Shown here piece after piece: positions 32,150-42,387 of a DNA stretch of 64,000 nt. Each line of letters begins with the position of its first letter. Within the stretch, counting starts at the first letter, position 1. The stretch is from contig JAEOTA010000064.1 in the NCBI GenBank assembly GCA_016840085.1, positions 21,583 to 85,582 of the forward strand, read 5' to 3'. Origin of the DNA: Promethearchaeota archaeon. GTDB taxonomy: Archaea; Asgardarchaeota; Lokiarchaeia; Sigyniarchaeales; SOKP01. A program made the translations under genes and the position numbers. Below the pieces are notes generated by a model. That model did not search any database and was not told the origin of the DNA. It saw nothing but the letters and a program-made list of their open reading frames with translations.

Positions 32150-32190
32150 TCTCTTCAGAAAGAAATTAATAAAAAAAAAAAAATTAATAT

Positions 32191-32484
32191 TTAATCTATA
32201 GTTCCGAATTTTAAATCGAAGCTAAAATATTTTCGAACTGGTTTTTTAACATTCCAAACACACTTTAAACCTTTTTCGAATTGAACAAGATCCCCTTTCT
32301 TGAATTCTATTTTCTCTTTTGTTTCTGGATCTGTGACTTCTACTTCTCCCTCAAGTATATAACAAGTTTCAGTATCTCCATAAGACCAATCAAATTCACT
32401 TACTTCTTTGCTCCAAGTCCCCCAAGATTTAACATTTAATTGCTCTAATTGCTCTTCAGACGGTATTTTCTTTTTCATTTTCAT
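32191..32484 (-). CDS. cupin (DUF861/Cupin_3) protein
   Basis: W.TW..E..F.W.Y..TETCYILEG.V..GDLV.F..G..C.W. Confidence 0.9.
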   Translation of the reverse strand: MKMKKKIPSEEQLEQLNVKSWGTWSKEVSEFDWSYGDTETCYILEGEVEVTDPETKEKIEFKKGDLVQFEKGLKCVWNVKKPVRKYFSFDLKFGTID

Positions 32485-32803
32485 TTTAATGCACCTAATT
32501 TAAAAATTAAATTTTACTTAATTAAATATTTTTTAAACAATGAATTGAGAGAAATTATTGTTCCTAGATTAATAAAATTTATTTTGAAAACCTTAATTAA
32601 TGAATTATATTTTCAAAAAAGAATAAAAAACAAAAATAAAAAATTATTATACAAATAAATTACATTTTAAAATTCCGATTAAGTAAACAATATTAAATCA
32701 AAAAAAGATTATAATTATAACAAAAAATTATTAATCTATTCTAAAAGCGTCTATATCTAATAATTAAAACAATTCGCCTAAAAATCAAAATGAGATTATA
32801 TTA

Positions 32804-33325
32804 ATGCCCAAAAAGTTTATCCTAAAGATTCTTACTGCCGGGGAGGGAGGTGTAGGAAAAACCACACTCCTTCATAGGTACGTGGAAGGTAAATTCTCAG
32901 CGGAGACGAAAATGACAATAGGTGTTGAGTTTTTCCTGAAAGAGGTTGAGATTGATCAAAAACATTGCACTCTGCAGCTTTGGGACTTCGGGGGACAAGA
33001 AAGGTTTCGATTTTTGCTTGAAAGTTATGTATTAGGGGCAAAAGGAGCGCTGTTAATGTTCGATCTCACAAGAGTATCAAGCCTTGAAAATTTGCATCAA
33101 TGGATAAAGATTGTTCGAAAGGGAAATCCGAATCTTCCTGTTCTTTTTTTAGGGACCAAATTAGATTTAGAAGATGAGATACAAGTTGATGATGATTATG
33201 CAAGATCATTTCTAAATGAATTTAACTTAATTGATTTTCTTAAGATTTCTTCAAAAACGGGCGAGAATGTTCATGAAGCTTTTAGTATATTAACACAAAA
33301 AATATTAGAGCGACAAACTTATTGA
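32804..33325 (+). CDS. Rab/Ras-like small GTPase
   Basis: GEGGVGKT, TIGVEF, WDFGGQERF, TKLD, SSKTG. Confidence 0.95.
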   Translation: MPKKFILKILTAGEGGVGKTTLLHRYVEGKFSAETKMTIGVEFFLKEVEIDQKHCTLQLWDFGGQERFRFLLESYVLGAKGALLMFDLTRVSSLENLHQWIKIVRKGNPNLPVLFLGTKLDLEDEIQVDDDYARSFLNEFNLIDFLKISSKTGENVHEAFSILTQKILERQTY

Positions 33326-33765
33326 ACTCCAAACTTGCATTAGTAGTTGTTGATTCTAATTTTGTACTTCTTCCTTTTCAGTTTAAAGTGGATTATTTAA
33401 ATGAAATAAGGCACATGGTTGAAGGCAAACTTAAGTTTATAATATATCAACAGGTTTTGAATGAGCTTGAATCTAAGAAAAAAAGAGAATCGCAAGCAAC
33501 GAAATTTATTAGACTTCTTGAGTCAGGCTTATCTTACCTAGACAAACATAAAGCGGATTATGATATTGATTTTATAAATGATATTAAGAACATTGAAGAA
33601 ACAACAGATGATTTTTTATTGAGAAAAATTATTTGTTTGAAAAAGGAAGGAAATAATGTATTTTTTGCAACTAACGATTCTAATTTACGTAAAAAAGCAA
33701 AAAAACAACACATAAATACAATTTTCCTTAGGCAAAAAAAATATTTATCTATAGAAAGAATTTAA
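33322..33765 (+). CDS. PIN-domain protein (Fcf1/Utp24-like)
   Basis: VVDSNF, V..EL, TDD.LL, ATND..LR..A, I.LRQ. Confidence 0.85.
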   Translation: MNSKLALVVVDSNFVLLPFQFKVDYLNEIRHMVEGKLKFIIYQQVLNELESKKKRESQATKFIRLLESGLSYLDKHKADYDIDFINDIKNIEETTDDFLLRKIICLKKEGNNVFFATNDSNLRKKAKKQHINTIFLRQKKYLSIERI

Positions 33766-33892
33766 TTTAAATAATTTGCTATATCCAAACAAAAATTTTA
33801 AAATTTTATAAAAAGATGTAGATAATTAATAAGTATTGAATTCAACATTATAAAAAATTAAATCTTATTGTCTATTTTAATGCAATAACAGA

Positions 33893-34408
33893 ATGTCTAA
33901 GCCAAAAATTTTAAAAATAATTACAGCAGGAGAGGGTGGAGTGGGTAAAACAACACTCCTTTATCGATATGTGGAGGGAAGATTTTTAGCAGATACACGC
34001 ATGACCCTAGGCGTAGAGTTTTTCATCAAAGAAGTTGATGTTGGAGGGAAAAAGATAAATTTACAGGTGTGGGACTTTGGAGGTCAGGAACATTTTAGAC
34101 CATTATTAAAAAATTATGCATTGGGAGCAAAAGGTGCACTATTACTTTTTGATCTTACCAGACCATCAAGCTTAGAGAAAATTAACCAATGGGTTAATAT
34201 TTGCAGAGAAGATAACCCAGATATACCTATTATTTTTTTGGGAACGAAATTGGATTTGATTGATTTAATATCTGTTGATGATGGTTATGCTCTGAGATTT
34301 AAAGTAGAATATAATTTTTTTGAATATTTAAAAATCTCCTCGAAAACTGGTGAAAATGTGAATTTAGCATTTGAGTTGTTAGCAGAAGAAATTGTAAGGA
34401 AGTTATAA
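33893..34408 (+). CDS. Rab/Ras-like small GTPase (paralog of 32804)
   Basis: GEGGVGKT, TLGVEF, WDFGGQ, TKLD, SSKTG. Confidence 0.95.
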   Translation: MSKPKILKIITAGEGGVGKTTLLYRYVEGRFLADTRMTLGVEFFIKEVDVGGKKINLQVWDFGGQEHFRPLLKNYALGAKGALLLFDLTRPSSLEKINQWVNICREDNPDIPIIFLGTKLDLIDLISVDDGYALRFKVEYNFFEYLKISSKTGENVNLAFELLAEEIVRKL

Positions 34409-34423
34409 AATTTTAGTATGATA

Positions 34424-35623
34424 TTAAATCCTGTTTATTAGAATACTTTTAATATTTTCTTTATTTAAATTAACCGGATTATTCTTTAATCCAGTTTTCT
34501 CTGCAATTTTATCAACATCTTCTTCTTTTATGGCATATTTAGCTAGCCTATCAATTTTTAATTCTTTTGTCCATTTTTCAAGTGTTTCAATTAATATCAT
34601 GATATAATGGTCTATTTTTCCCTCTTCTATCTCTTCTTTACCTACTAATAAAGCGCCAATTTTAGCATGTTTTTGCAACCCTTTCTTGCCTGATGGTCCA
34701 ATTTCTCGTAGAATTTTAATATTCATTCTAGTAGCTTCAGCAAGAAGCGTACCACATACTACACCATGAGGAATATCAAAGAAACCGCCAATTGACGAAG
34801 CCAATCCATGAACAATTCCTAAACCTGCATTTGCTAAAGAAATTCCAGATATTAGTGAGCCGTATGCCATTGCTGCTCGAACCTTAACATTCGATGCTCC
34901 AGTTGAGCATGCTAATATTAAATTTTCACTTATATATTTCATCCCACTAAAAGCTAAAGCATCAGTCATAAGATTAGCTTTAGGAGATACATAAGCTTCA
35001 AGTAATTGTGTAAAAGCATCCATTCCACACGCGGCAGAAATAGTTGCTGGACAGGAAATCATTAACTCAGGGTCGATTATTGCTACATTTGGTATTAAAT
35101 TATCATGACGAAGGGATTTTTTAAACCCATCTGGACCTATCTCGCTAATAACCGCATTTTTAGTAGCTTCACTTCCAGTACCTGATGTAGTTGGTATTGC
35201 TATATATGGAATTTTCTGACCATCGTGAGCTTTGTCACCTACTCCTTCTAAATAATTTTTAATTGAATCTCTTTTTGGAATCATTGCGGAAATTGCTTTA
35301 CCTGCATCTGTGACGCTTCCTCCCCCTATAGCAACAACTAAATCAGGCTTTTTATCTCTATATTGACTTGCAGCATTGTCAACTATATTAGGTGAAGGCT
35401 CACCTGAAATTGAAATAGTTGAATAGTTAAATGATTAACTTTCTAATATTTTTATTATCTCATCCCATTTTCCATATCTTTTAAGTGATTTTTCACCTAT
35501 TACAAAAAGTATATTCCTTCCGTACCTAGGCATAATATCAAAAAGTTGAGTTAATGCACCAGAACCAAAAATTATATGAGGAATACTAGCAAAATTAAAA
35601 GGAGGACCCATAATATTCATCAT
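34424..35623 (-). pseudogene. iron-containing alcohol dehydrogenase interrupted by an in-frame TAA (35435-35437)
   Basis: The two track ORFs share a frame; the bridge encodes GEPSP and AIGGGSVTDAGK. PTTSGTGSE and GLGIVH..HG lie downstream. Confidence 0.88.
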
Positions 35624-35778
35624 TTTTGATTTTACTTTTAGCTTTATTATAATAATTTCAAATTAAAATATAATTTTATTGTAAGTAACATTAAATCATT
35701 AATATTGTTATAATAAGATTTTTAACTTAAATTAGATAATTTGTTTTATAACAGACTAAAGAGCAATAATGATTTAAA

Positions 35779-36117
35779 ATGAAACAAGTCAATGAAAACG
35801 ATTTTGAATATAGAAAAGGAGAAAGTGGTGTAAAATACTTAATGCGAGGACCAAGCATTGACTGGGGAGTAATATTGCTCAAACCAGGTGAGATGATGGG
35901 AGATAAAGCACATGGACATAATTTCATTGATGAAACCTTCTACTTTGTAGAGGGTAATGGTGTTATGATCATTAATGATAAAGAATTTCCAGCGTCTCAA
36001 GGTAGCGTGTTTCTCTGTGAACCAAAAGAAATGCATAATATTAGGAATGATTCTGATAAACGTGTTAAAATTGTGTTCATTAAGGCGGAGTATCGTCCCG
36101 AGGATAAAATTGAATAA
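35779..36117 (+). CDS. cupin-domain protein
   Basis: HGH...ETFYFVEG.G...EMH. Confidence 0.85.
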   Translation: MKQVNENDFEYRKGESGVKYLMRGPSIDWGVILLKPGEMMGDKAHGHNFIDETFYFVEGNGVMIINDKEFPASQGSVFLCEPKEMHNIRNDSDKRVKIVFIKAEYRPEDKIE

Positions 36118-36155
36118 TTAATTTAATATTTAATATAGCTTAATTGAGAGTTAAT

Positions 36156-36533
36156 ATGGCAAAAAAAAAAGGAAAAAAAGGAAAGAAAGGTAAAACATAT
36201 GATCAACCAGTAATTACAAGGGTTAAATACCCGAGTAAAGAACTGGGAGAGATTTTTGCAATTGTAGTTGATATATTAGGCGGAGATCGAATGAGAGTAT
36301 TTTGTGAAGATGGAAAGCATCGGATTGGTAGAATCCGTGGAAAAATAAAAAAAAGAGTATGGATAAGGCGTGGAGATTTGGTAATTGTAAATCCATGGGA
36401 ATGGGAAACCGAAACTAAAGATGGATTGGGGAAGGGTGAAATTACATGGAGGTATACTAGAGCTGAAATCTCGTGGCTTGAACGTAAAAACAGAATTCCA
36501 GATATATTAGATATTAATAATATCTCATTTTAA
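36156..36533 (+). CDS. eif1a: translation initiation factor aIF-1A
   Basis: LGG.R..V.C.DG..R..RIRGKIKKRVWI..GD; WRYT. Confidence 0.95.
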   Translation: MAKKKGKKGKKGKTYDQPVITRVKYPSKELGEIFAIVVDILGGDRMRVFCEDGKHRIGRIRGKIKKRVWIRRGDLVIVNPWEWETETKDGLGKGEITWRYTRAEISWLERKNRIPDILDINNISF

Positions 36534-36706
36534 TTAAATTAGTTTTAATAGGCTCTCTATTCTAGTGCTTAAACCTTTTTCACATATCTAGCGTTAAGAA
36601 TCTCAAAAAAGCAAAATTTTATAATTTAGTAATACCTAATAAGCTTATACTTTTTTTTCTGTTTATGTTTTATAAACCCAAATTCAAATGAGATTCGTGA
36701 TAAAAA

Positions 36707-37456
36707 TTGTCTGAAAAAGAAGAGAATTTAAACGAGAGTGAAAGTAAAGAATTTGAGATCGATGAGAGTCCTATATCGGGATCTGAAGAAGAACTAACAA
36801 CACTTTTTGCTGTAAGGACAACTATTAATCAAGAGAGCAATATTCTTAAACAAATTTTTTATCGTTTCCGCATATTGGACATAATACCCGATATTCGGGC
36901 TATGCTCGTTTCTCCTCTGCTACCAGGCTACATATTCTTCGAGGCTCCGACTAAGAGGGAAGTCCAAATTGCTGTTCAAGGAATACCTCATATTAAAGGA
37001 AGAATAGTTCAAAATATTGAGTTAAGGGAATTGAAACATGTCTTACTCCCAAGAAGCGTCACTGAGTATTTAGAAGAAGGAGACACAGTTGAGATTATTA
37101 GTGGTGTATTTGAAGGTGCAAGAGCTATCGTAATGCGAATGCCTCATGATACATCAAGTAGTGAAGAAGTCGTCGTTCGATTGTTACAAGAAGAAACTCC
37201 AATTACAATTAAAATTCATGGAGATTATTTGAAATTAGTTGAAAAGAAGAAACCTGTCCTAGAAGCTATGCCAGAAATAAAAGTTTCAGCAGGTACTGTC
37301 ACTGATATGGAAAAAGCAATAACTTTTGAAGATGAATTTGAAGAATTTGAAGAAGAATACCCAGATAGTTTGAGAAGTGAAGAAACTGAAGAATATTCTG
37401 ATGATGAAGAAGAACTCGAAGAAGAAGATGAATGGGCTAAATTTGATGGTTTCTAA
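36707..37456 (+). CDS. spt5: transcription elongation factor Spt5 (NGN+KOW) with acidic extensions
   Basis: FAVRTT..QE, LPGYIFFEA, KOW motif GDTVEIISGVFEG. Confidence 0.9.
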   Translation: MSEKEENLNESESKEFEIDESPISGSEEELTTLFAVRTTINQESNILKQIFYRFRILDIIPDIRAMLVSPLLPGYIFFEAPTKREVQIAVQGIPHIKGRIVQNIELRELKHVLLPRSVTEYLEEGDTVEIISGVFEGARAIVMRMPHDTSSSEEVVVRLLQEETPITIKIHGDYLKLVEKKKPVLEAMPEIKVSAGTVTDMEKAITFEDEFEEFEEEYPDSLRSEETEEYSDDEEELEEEDEWAKFDGF

Positions 37457-37674
37457 CACGAAATTACTTTTATTCAGAATATTTTCTTCAAAATAAACAT
37501 AATTTATATTAATTAATCAACTCTAGTGTTGTCATATAACATAGCAATGGAATTATAACTATTCGTTGCGTTTACCCTAAGAATCTACTTAATAAGAGGA
37601 TTTTTATATATAAACTTTTTTTAAAGAAATAATAAAGATTTGAAATTTAGATAAAAAATCTTCTATTGAGTTAA

Positions 37675-38424
37675 ATGATTAAAAATATCTTTATCATGAA
37701 ATCCACAGGGGAATTAATTTTTTACAAAACATATGAAGATATCTTTAATGTAAAACTCACAAGTAGTTTTTTAAGTGCAATCTTCTCGTTTGTAAAACAG
37801 ACATTAAAAACTGAAGAATTATCTGAAATTGAAGTAGGGCTTTTTAGGTTTATATTTGAAATTGAGAAAATTAGGAATGATGAATTACTGTTTGCGCTAT
37901 TTAGTGATCGAACTGAAAATTTAATTGAGTTAAGAAAGCAACTAAGAGAAATAAAAAACCAATTTCTAAATAAATTTGATGTAGATTTATTAACTGATCA
38001 TTATGATGGTGAGATTTCAAAATTTCTCGATTTTGAAAATAATATTAATGACATCATGGAAAGCAGTAAACAATTAATTTCAGAAGAAATCCAAGAAGAT
38101 TTAATAAATATTTTTAATGAATTGCATACATTCTCTTCTTTTGTCGTATCCTCTGCAATTTTAACCCAAACGGGAAGGGTAATTGTTTCCTATTTAGAAC
38201 ATAATGTTCTTACAGAGATTATAAGACTTCTAGAAGGAAGATTTCTCGCTGGTAATTATATAGTTAATGAACTAATCTCCTTAGAAAAATTTGGTGTGCT
38301 TTCATTAGTAGGAATCAATGATAGTTTCATATCAGTAATTCAATTTAAAAAAAATTGCCCTTTTGAGACAGGACTTGTCATTTCAAAAAGATTCTCAAAT
38401 AGACTGCAAAAATTAATTTGTTGA
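37675..38424 (+). CDS. longin-like + roadblock-like domain protein
   Basis: N-terminal IFIMKSTGELIFYK..L.SSFLSAIFSF (longin-like); C-terminal SAILTQTGRVIVS (roadblock-like). Confidence 0.7.
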   Translation: MIKNIFIMKSTGELIFYKTYEDIFNVKLTSSFLSAIFSFVKQTLKTEELSEIEVGLFRFIFEIEKIRNDELLFALFSDRTENLIELRKQLREIKNQFLNKFDVDLLTDHYDGEISKFLDFENNINDIMESSKQLISEEIQEDLINIFNELHTFSSFVVSSAILTQTGRVIVSYLEHNVLTEIIRLLEGRFLAGNYIVNELISLEKFGVLSLVGINDSFISVIQFKKNCPFETGLVISKRFSNRLQKLIC

Positions 38425-38614
38425 ATTTTGTGAGATAGATTGTTCAAAACATAGTAATTATTATCTGTTTCATAAAAATTTTTAAAAAAAGAGTAATATC
38501 ATTTTTGATATCGCTAATCTGTTTTCCAAAAATTAAAAAATAAATTTACTTTTTACACTAGTATAATTACTTATCTAATAATTTAAAAATAATAATAATT
38601 AGGGCTAAAAAAAT

Positions 38615-39898
38615 ATGTCACGATTTATAGATCAAGTCATTAATGATGAGATTCTAAATAAACTTAGCTTAAAGAACAGATATTCCTTTTTAAACAATAA
38701 CCTAATGGCAGTTTTGTCTTCAGAACAATTTAACTTTCTTAAAAAGGTTCAAAAATTCTGCATGAGGTTTGAAAAGAAAAATGGAATCACTCATGGCCCG
38801 GATGAAGACGTATACGATTGGATACCAACTTTTGGTGCTGAAGGTTATATCACACGAGCACATAATTTTGAAATGATTGACATTACTTATGAAAATTATG
38901 GAGCTGTATATGATTTCCTTCGCTATTTAGCTATCGACATGTTCGATACTCAATTCGCCATGGGGAGTGGCGCAACAGTATTGGCAATAAATCCAATTTT
39001 TGAACACCATGAAAATGTTCCTGAAAGATTAGAAGCATTGAAAGACTTAGCTACTGGTAAAGCACCTGGTGCAATGCTTATTACAGAACCAGAAAGAGGT
39101 TCTGATGCGGTCCATCAGTTAACCACATGCGATGAACAGGAAGATAGTAGTTTTTTACTCAATGGTGAAAAAGTTTTCAACGTCAATGCACCAAAAGCGA
39201 AATGGGCAGTTGCATATGCTACTGCTGAAAAGAATAATGGAAATTTAATGGCACAATTCTTAATCAATACATCTTGGGATGGGTGGTCCTGTGAACGTGT
39301 AGGGGTTCCCTGGGTGCCAAAACTATATATAGGTCATGAATGGTTTGAAAATCTCAAGGTACCAAAGGAATATATATTAGGACCGGTTGGTAAAGGGAGG
39401 GAACATCTCTTTGAAGGATTGGTCCCTGAAAGAATTGGTATCGCTTGTGGAGCTATTTCTCAATGTTGGGGAGCAGTATCTCATGCTGCGATTTATGCTA
39501 ACATGAGAAAGCAGTTTGAGCAAGAAATTCTTAAATTTCAAGGAGTTGGTTTTCTTTTAACAGATTTATGGGCAAAAACTACTAATTTAACCCTCGGATT
39601 ATTAAAATTCTGTGAAGCCTATGACGAAAAAATGGAAAAATTTGAAGGAAAAATCCCAACGAATATCTCTCGTGTAATGGTTGCAAGTGCTTCTCAACTT
39701 AAGTATCATTGTACTAAACTCTCCAAACAGGTCTGTTATGAAGCTGCCAATTTAATGGGTGGTGCTGGTGTATCAGATAATACAGCAATGGAAGATTATA
39801 TAAATATTTCTAGAATCCAGGAGATTATTGGAGGAACCCGACAAATTCAGCAATATATCATGAGCATGAGCCTCCGCCAACTTTTCAAAATGCTCTAA
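38615..39898 (+). CDS. acyl-CoA dehydrogenase
   Basis: TEPERGSD, LNGEK.F..NA, RKQF..I..FQGV, MGGAG, IIGGT.QIQ. Confidence 0.93.
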   Translation: MSRFIDQVINDEILNKLSLKNRYSFLNNNLMAVLSSEQFNFLKKVQKFCMRFEKKNGITHGPDEDVYDWIPTFGAEGYITRAHNFEMIDITYENYGAVYDFLRYLAIDMFDTQFAMGSGATVLAINPIFEHHENVPERLEALKDLATGKAPGAMLITEPERGSDAVHQLTTCDEQEDSSFLLNGEKVFNVNAPKAKWAVAYATAEKNNGNLMAQFLINTSWDGWSCERVGVPWVPKLYIGHEWFENLKVPKEYILGPVGKGREHLFEGLVPERIGIACGAISQCWGAVSHAAIYANMRKQFEQEILKFQGVGFLLTDLWAKTTNLTLGLLKFCEAYDEKMEKFEGKIPTNISRVMVASASQLKYHCTKLSKQVCYEAANLMGGAGVSDNTAMEDYINISRIQEIIGGTRQIQQYIMSMSLRQLFKML

Positions 39899-39992
39899 AA
39901 TCTTTTTTTTTTTCTATTTCTTTTTTAATTGGTACTCCTTTTAGCTCATGCAAGATTAATAATTACAAATTCTAATCTGAGAAGAGTTAAAA

Positions 39993-42236
39993 ATGGAAGA
40001 ATTACTTAATATTGCTAAAAATGCCTTTCCACCCATATCAGGATCAGAAAAGGTAAAGGGACTTCAAGAAGAGGTTGAAATTTTATGGGATAAATGGGGT
40101 ATCCCGCATGTCTATGCGAAATCAGTGAGGGATGCATATTTTACTCAAGGTTATATCCATGCAAGTCATAGATTATGGCAAATGGATACTTTTAGACGTT
40201 TAATATCGGGAAAATTATCAGAAATATCGGGTGAAGCAGCACTTCTAGGTGATAAATACTATAGAACAATTGGATTACATCGATTAGCGAAAATATGCGC
40301 GAAAAAAATAGAAGAAAATAAAGATTCAGACATGTATCGCTGGTTAAATGCGTATGTGAATGGTGTAAATCTAGGTATTAAAAAAGCCCAAAATAATCCC
40401 CCTATTGAATTTTCTATTTTGGATATTAAACCTCGTGAGTGGTTATTAGAAGATTCTTTTAAAATTATTAGTTTGATTGAATGGGGATTAAGTAGTTGGA
40501 ATTATCCTCTAGAAGTTTTGCGAGAGCACTTAATAACCAAACTAGGATCTGAAAAGGCTAAACAATTCATCCCTTTATTTTCAGAAGTAAATGTTAGTGA
40601 ATCTTTAGGTAGTAATGCTTGGGTTGTAAGTTCCAATAAATCAGAATCTGGAGCTGTATTACATGCAAATGATCCTCACCTTCCACTTACATGTCCTGCT
40701 TTATGGTTTTTAATTCATTTAAATTGTCCAGAATTAAATGTAATGGGTACTTCGCTTCCTGGATTACCAATGGTAGTTATAGGGCATAATGAGAATATAA
40801 CTTGGGGTTTAACCAATGTTACTGCCGATACAATTGACTTATTTAAATTGGAGTTGAATCCTCAAAATCAGAATCAATATAAATATAATGGGAAATGGAT
40901 TGATTTTGAAGCAATTGAAGAGTTAATAGGAGTCCAAGGTAAATCTGAACCAATACCTCATAAAGTTCTAATTTCAAAATTCGGTCCGTTGGTTGATTAT
41001 TATGAAATAAATTTGAACTATTATAATTTCAATCTTCCTGGAAAATATGCGTTACGATGGTCAAGTTTTGAACCAGAACTCCAGAACAATATCATGGGCT
41101 TTATCAAAGTAAATAATGCTTCAAATTGGGAGGAATTCAGAAATGGAATAAAACATATAACCATCAATCCTCAGAATTTTATTTATGGTGACGTAAATGG
41201 GAATATAGGGCATCAACATGGTGGAAGAATTCCCGTAAGAAACTATGGGGATGGATCTAAGATAACTCCAGGCACAGATGAAAAATATAATTGGAAGAGT
41301 CTATCATCTTTTGAACAATTATACTCAAATTATAATCCTAAAGTGGGTTTTATATATACCGCTAACTATAATGAGGATAAGGCGCCAAATGGTCTATTAA
41401 TAGCACAAGACAGGATTGAACCCTTTAGACAAATCAGGTTAAAGAAGTTATTACAATCAAAAGAAAAATTTTCAATAGAGGATTTTAAGAAATTTCAACT
41501 TGATAGATATACTGAAGAAGCTGCAGAATTATTGCCTATAATGTTAAAATATTTAAAATCTGCTAAAATTTCAGAAGAATATTCTCACTTTATCACTATT
41601 TTAGAGGAATGGGATTATCATTTGGCTAAAAATAGTATTGCTGGCACAATTTATAAAATATGGCATCAAAAGACGCTTGAATTCATTCTAACACCATTAA
41701 TTGGTGAAGATTTATTAGAAACATTTCTGGGTAGTCGCCCTTTTAATCTAAAAAGAATTTTAGATTCCTATGAAAAAAATGAAAATGAACTTGAAGATAT
41801 TCTGCTTAATTCCTTTAAAAATACGATTAATTTTCTAACAGATAAATTATCATCTGATTATAAAAAATGGCAGTGGGGAAATCTACATAAACTTACACTT
41901 GTCCATCCATTTTCACTTGTTAATGAGGATGCAAAAGTATTAAATATAGGTCCTTTTAAAATTGGTGGAGATTCAAATACGCTAAATAATGGTTCTTTTG
42001 ACCCTTTAGACAATTATAATGTCGTAGTAGGACCTTCATACCGTCATATACATGATTTATCGGATTGGGATAAATCAATAACAGTCATTCCAGGAGGACA
42101 ATCTGGATTACCATTTCATAGACATTATAAAGATATGATAAAGTCATGGGTAAAAGGAAAATATATTCCTTTTTTATTTACACGAGAAGCTATCTCTGAG
42201 AATTTAGAAGGCACTTTACGATTAATACCGGAATAA
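39993..42236 (+). CDS. penicillin acylase family Ntn-hydrolase (peptidase S45)
   Basis: WDKWGIPHVYA, RLWQMD..RR, GSNAWVV, ANDPHL, PGGQSG. Confidence 0.94.
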   Translation: MEELLNIAKNAFPPISGSEKVKGLQEEVEILWDKWGIPHVYAKSVRDAYFTQGYIHASHRLWQMDTFRRLISGKLSEISGEAALLGDKYYRTIGLHRLAKICAKKIEENKDSDMYRWLNAYVNGVNLGIKKAQNNPPIEFSILDIKPREWLLEDSFKIISLIEWGLSSWNYPLEVLREHLITKLGSEKAKQFIPLFSEVNVSESLGSNAWVVSSNKSESGAVLHANDPHLPLTCPALWFLIHLNCPELNVMGTSLPGLPMVVIGHNENITWGLTNVTADTIDLFKLELNPQNQNQYKYNGKWIDFEAIEELIGVQGKSEPIPHKVLISKFGPLVDYYEINLNYYNFNLPGKYALRWSSFEPELQNNIMGFIKVNNASNWEEFRNGIKHITINPQNFIYGDVNGNIGHQHGGRIPVRNYGDGSKITPGTDEKYNWKSLSSFEQLYSNYNPKVGFIYTANYNEDKAPNGLLIAQDRIEPFRQIRLKKLLQSKEKFSIEDFKKFQLDRYTEEAAELLPIMLKYLKSAKISEEYSHFITILEEWDYHLAKNSIAGTIYKIWHQKTLEFILTPLIGEDLLETFLGSRPFNLKRILDSYEKNENELEDILLNSFKNTINFLTDKLSSDYKKWQWGNLHKLTLVHPFSLVNEDAKVLNIGPFKIGGDSNTLNNGSFDPLDNYNVVVGPSYRHIHDLSDWDKSITVIPGGQSGLPFHRHYKDMIKSWVKGKYIPFLFTREAISENLEGTLRLIPE

Positions 42237-42387
42237 AAAGAAAAAGGAATTAAGGAAAATAATAAATAAATTGTGTTTTTATGACACGGACATCTGATTT
42301 CTTTAAATCTTTTTATATTTGAAAAATTAAAAGGATAATATCTTAATTAAACATTATTAAAATTAAAAATTTGAATATTTTATTAAA

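Noticed and set aside
37540-37572. Short hairpin downstream of spt5
   Set aside because: A single imperfect stem with no further support.
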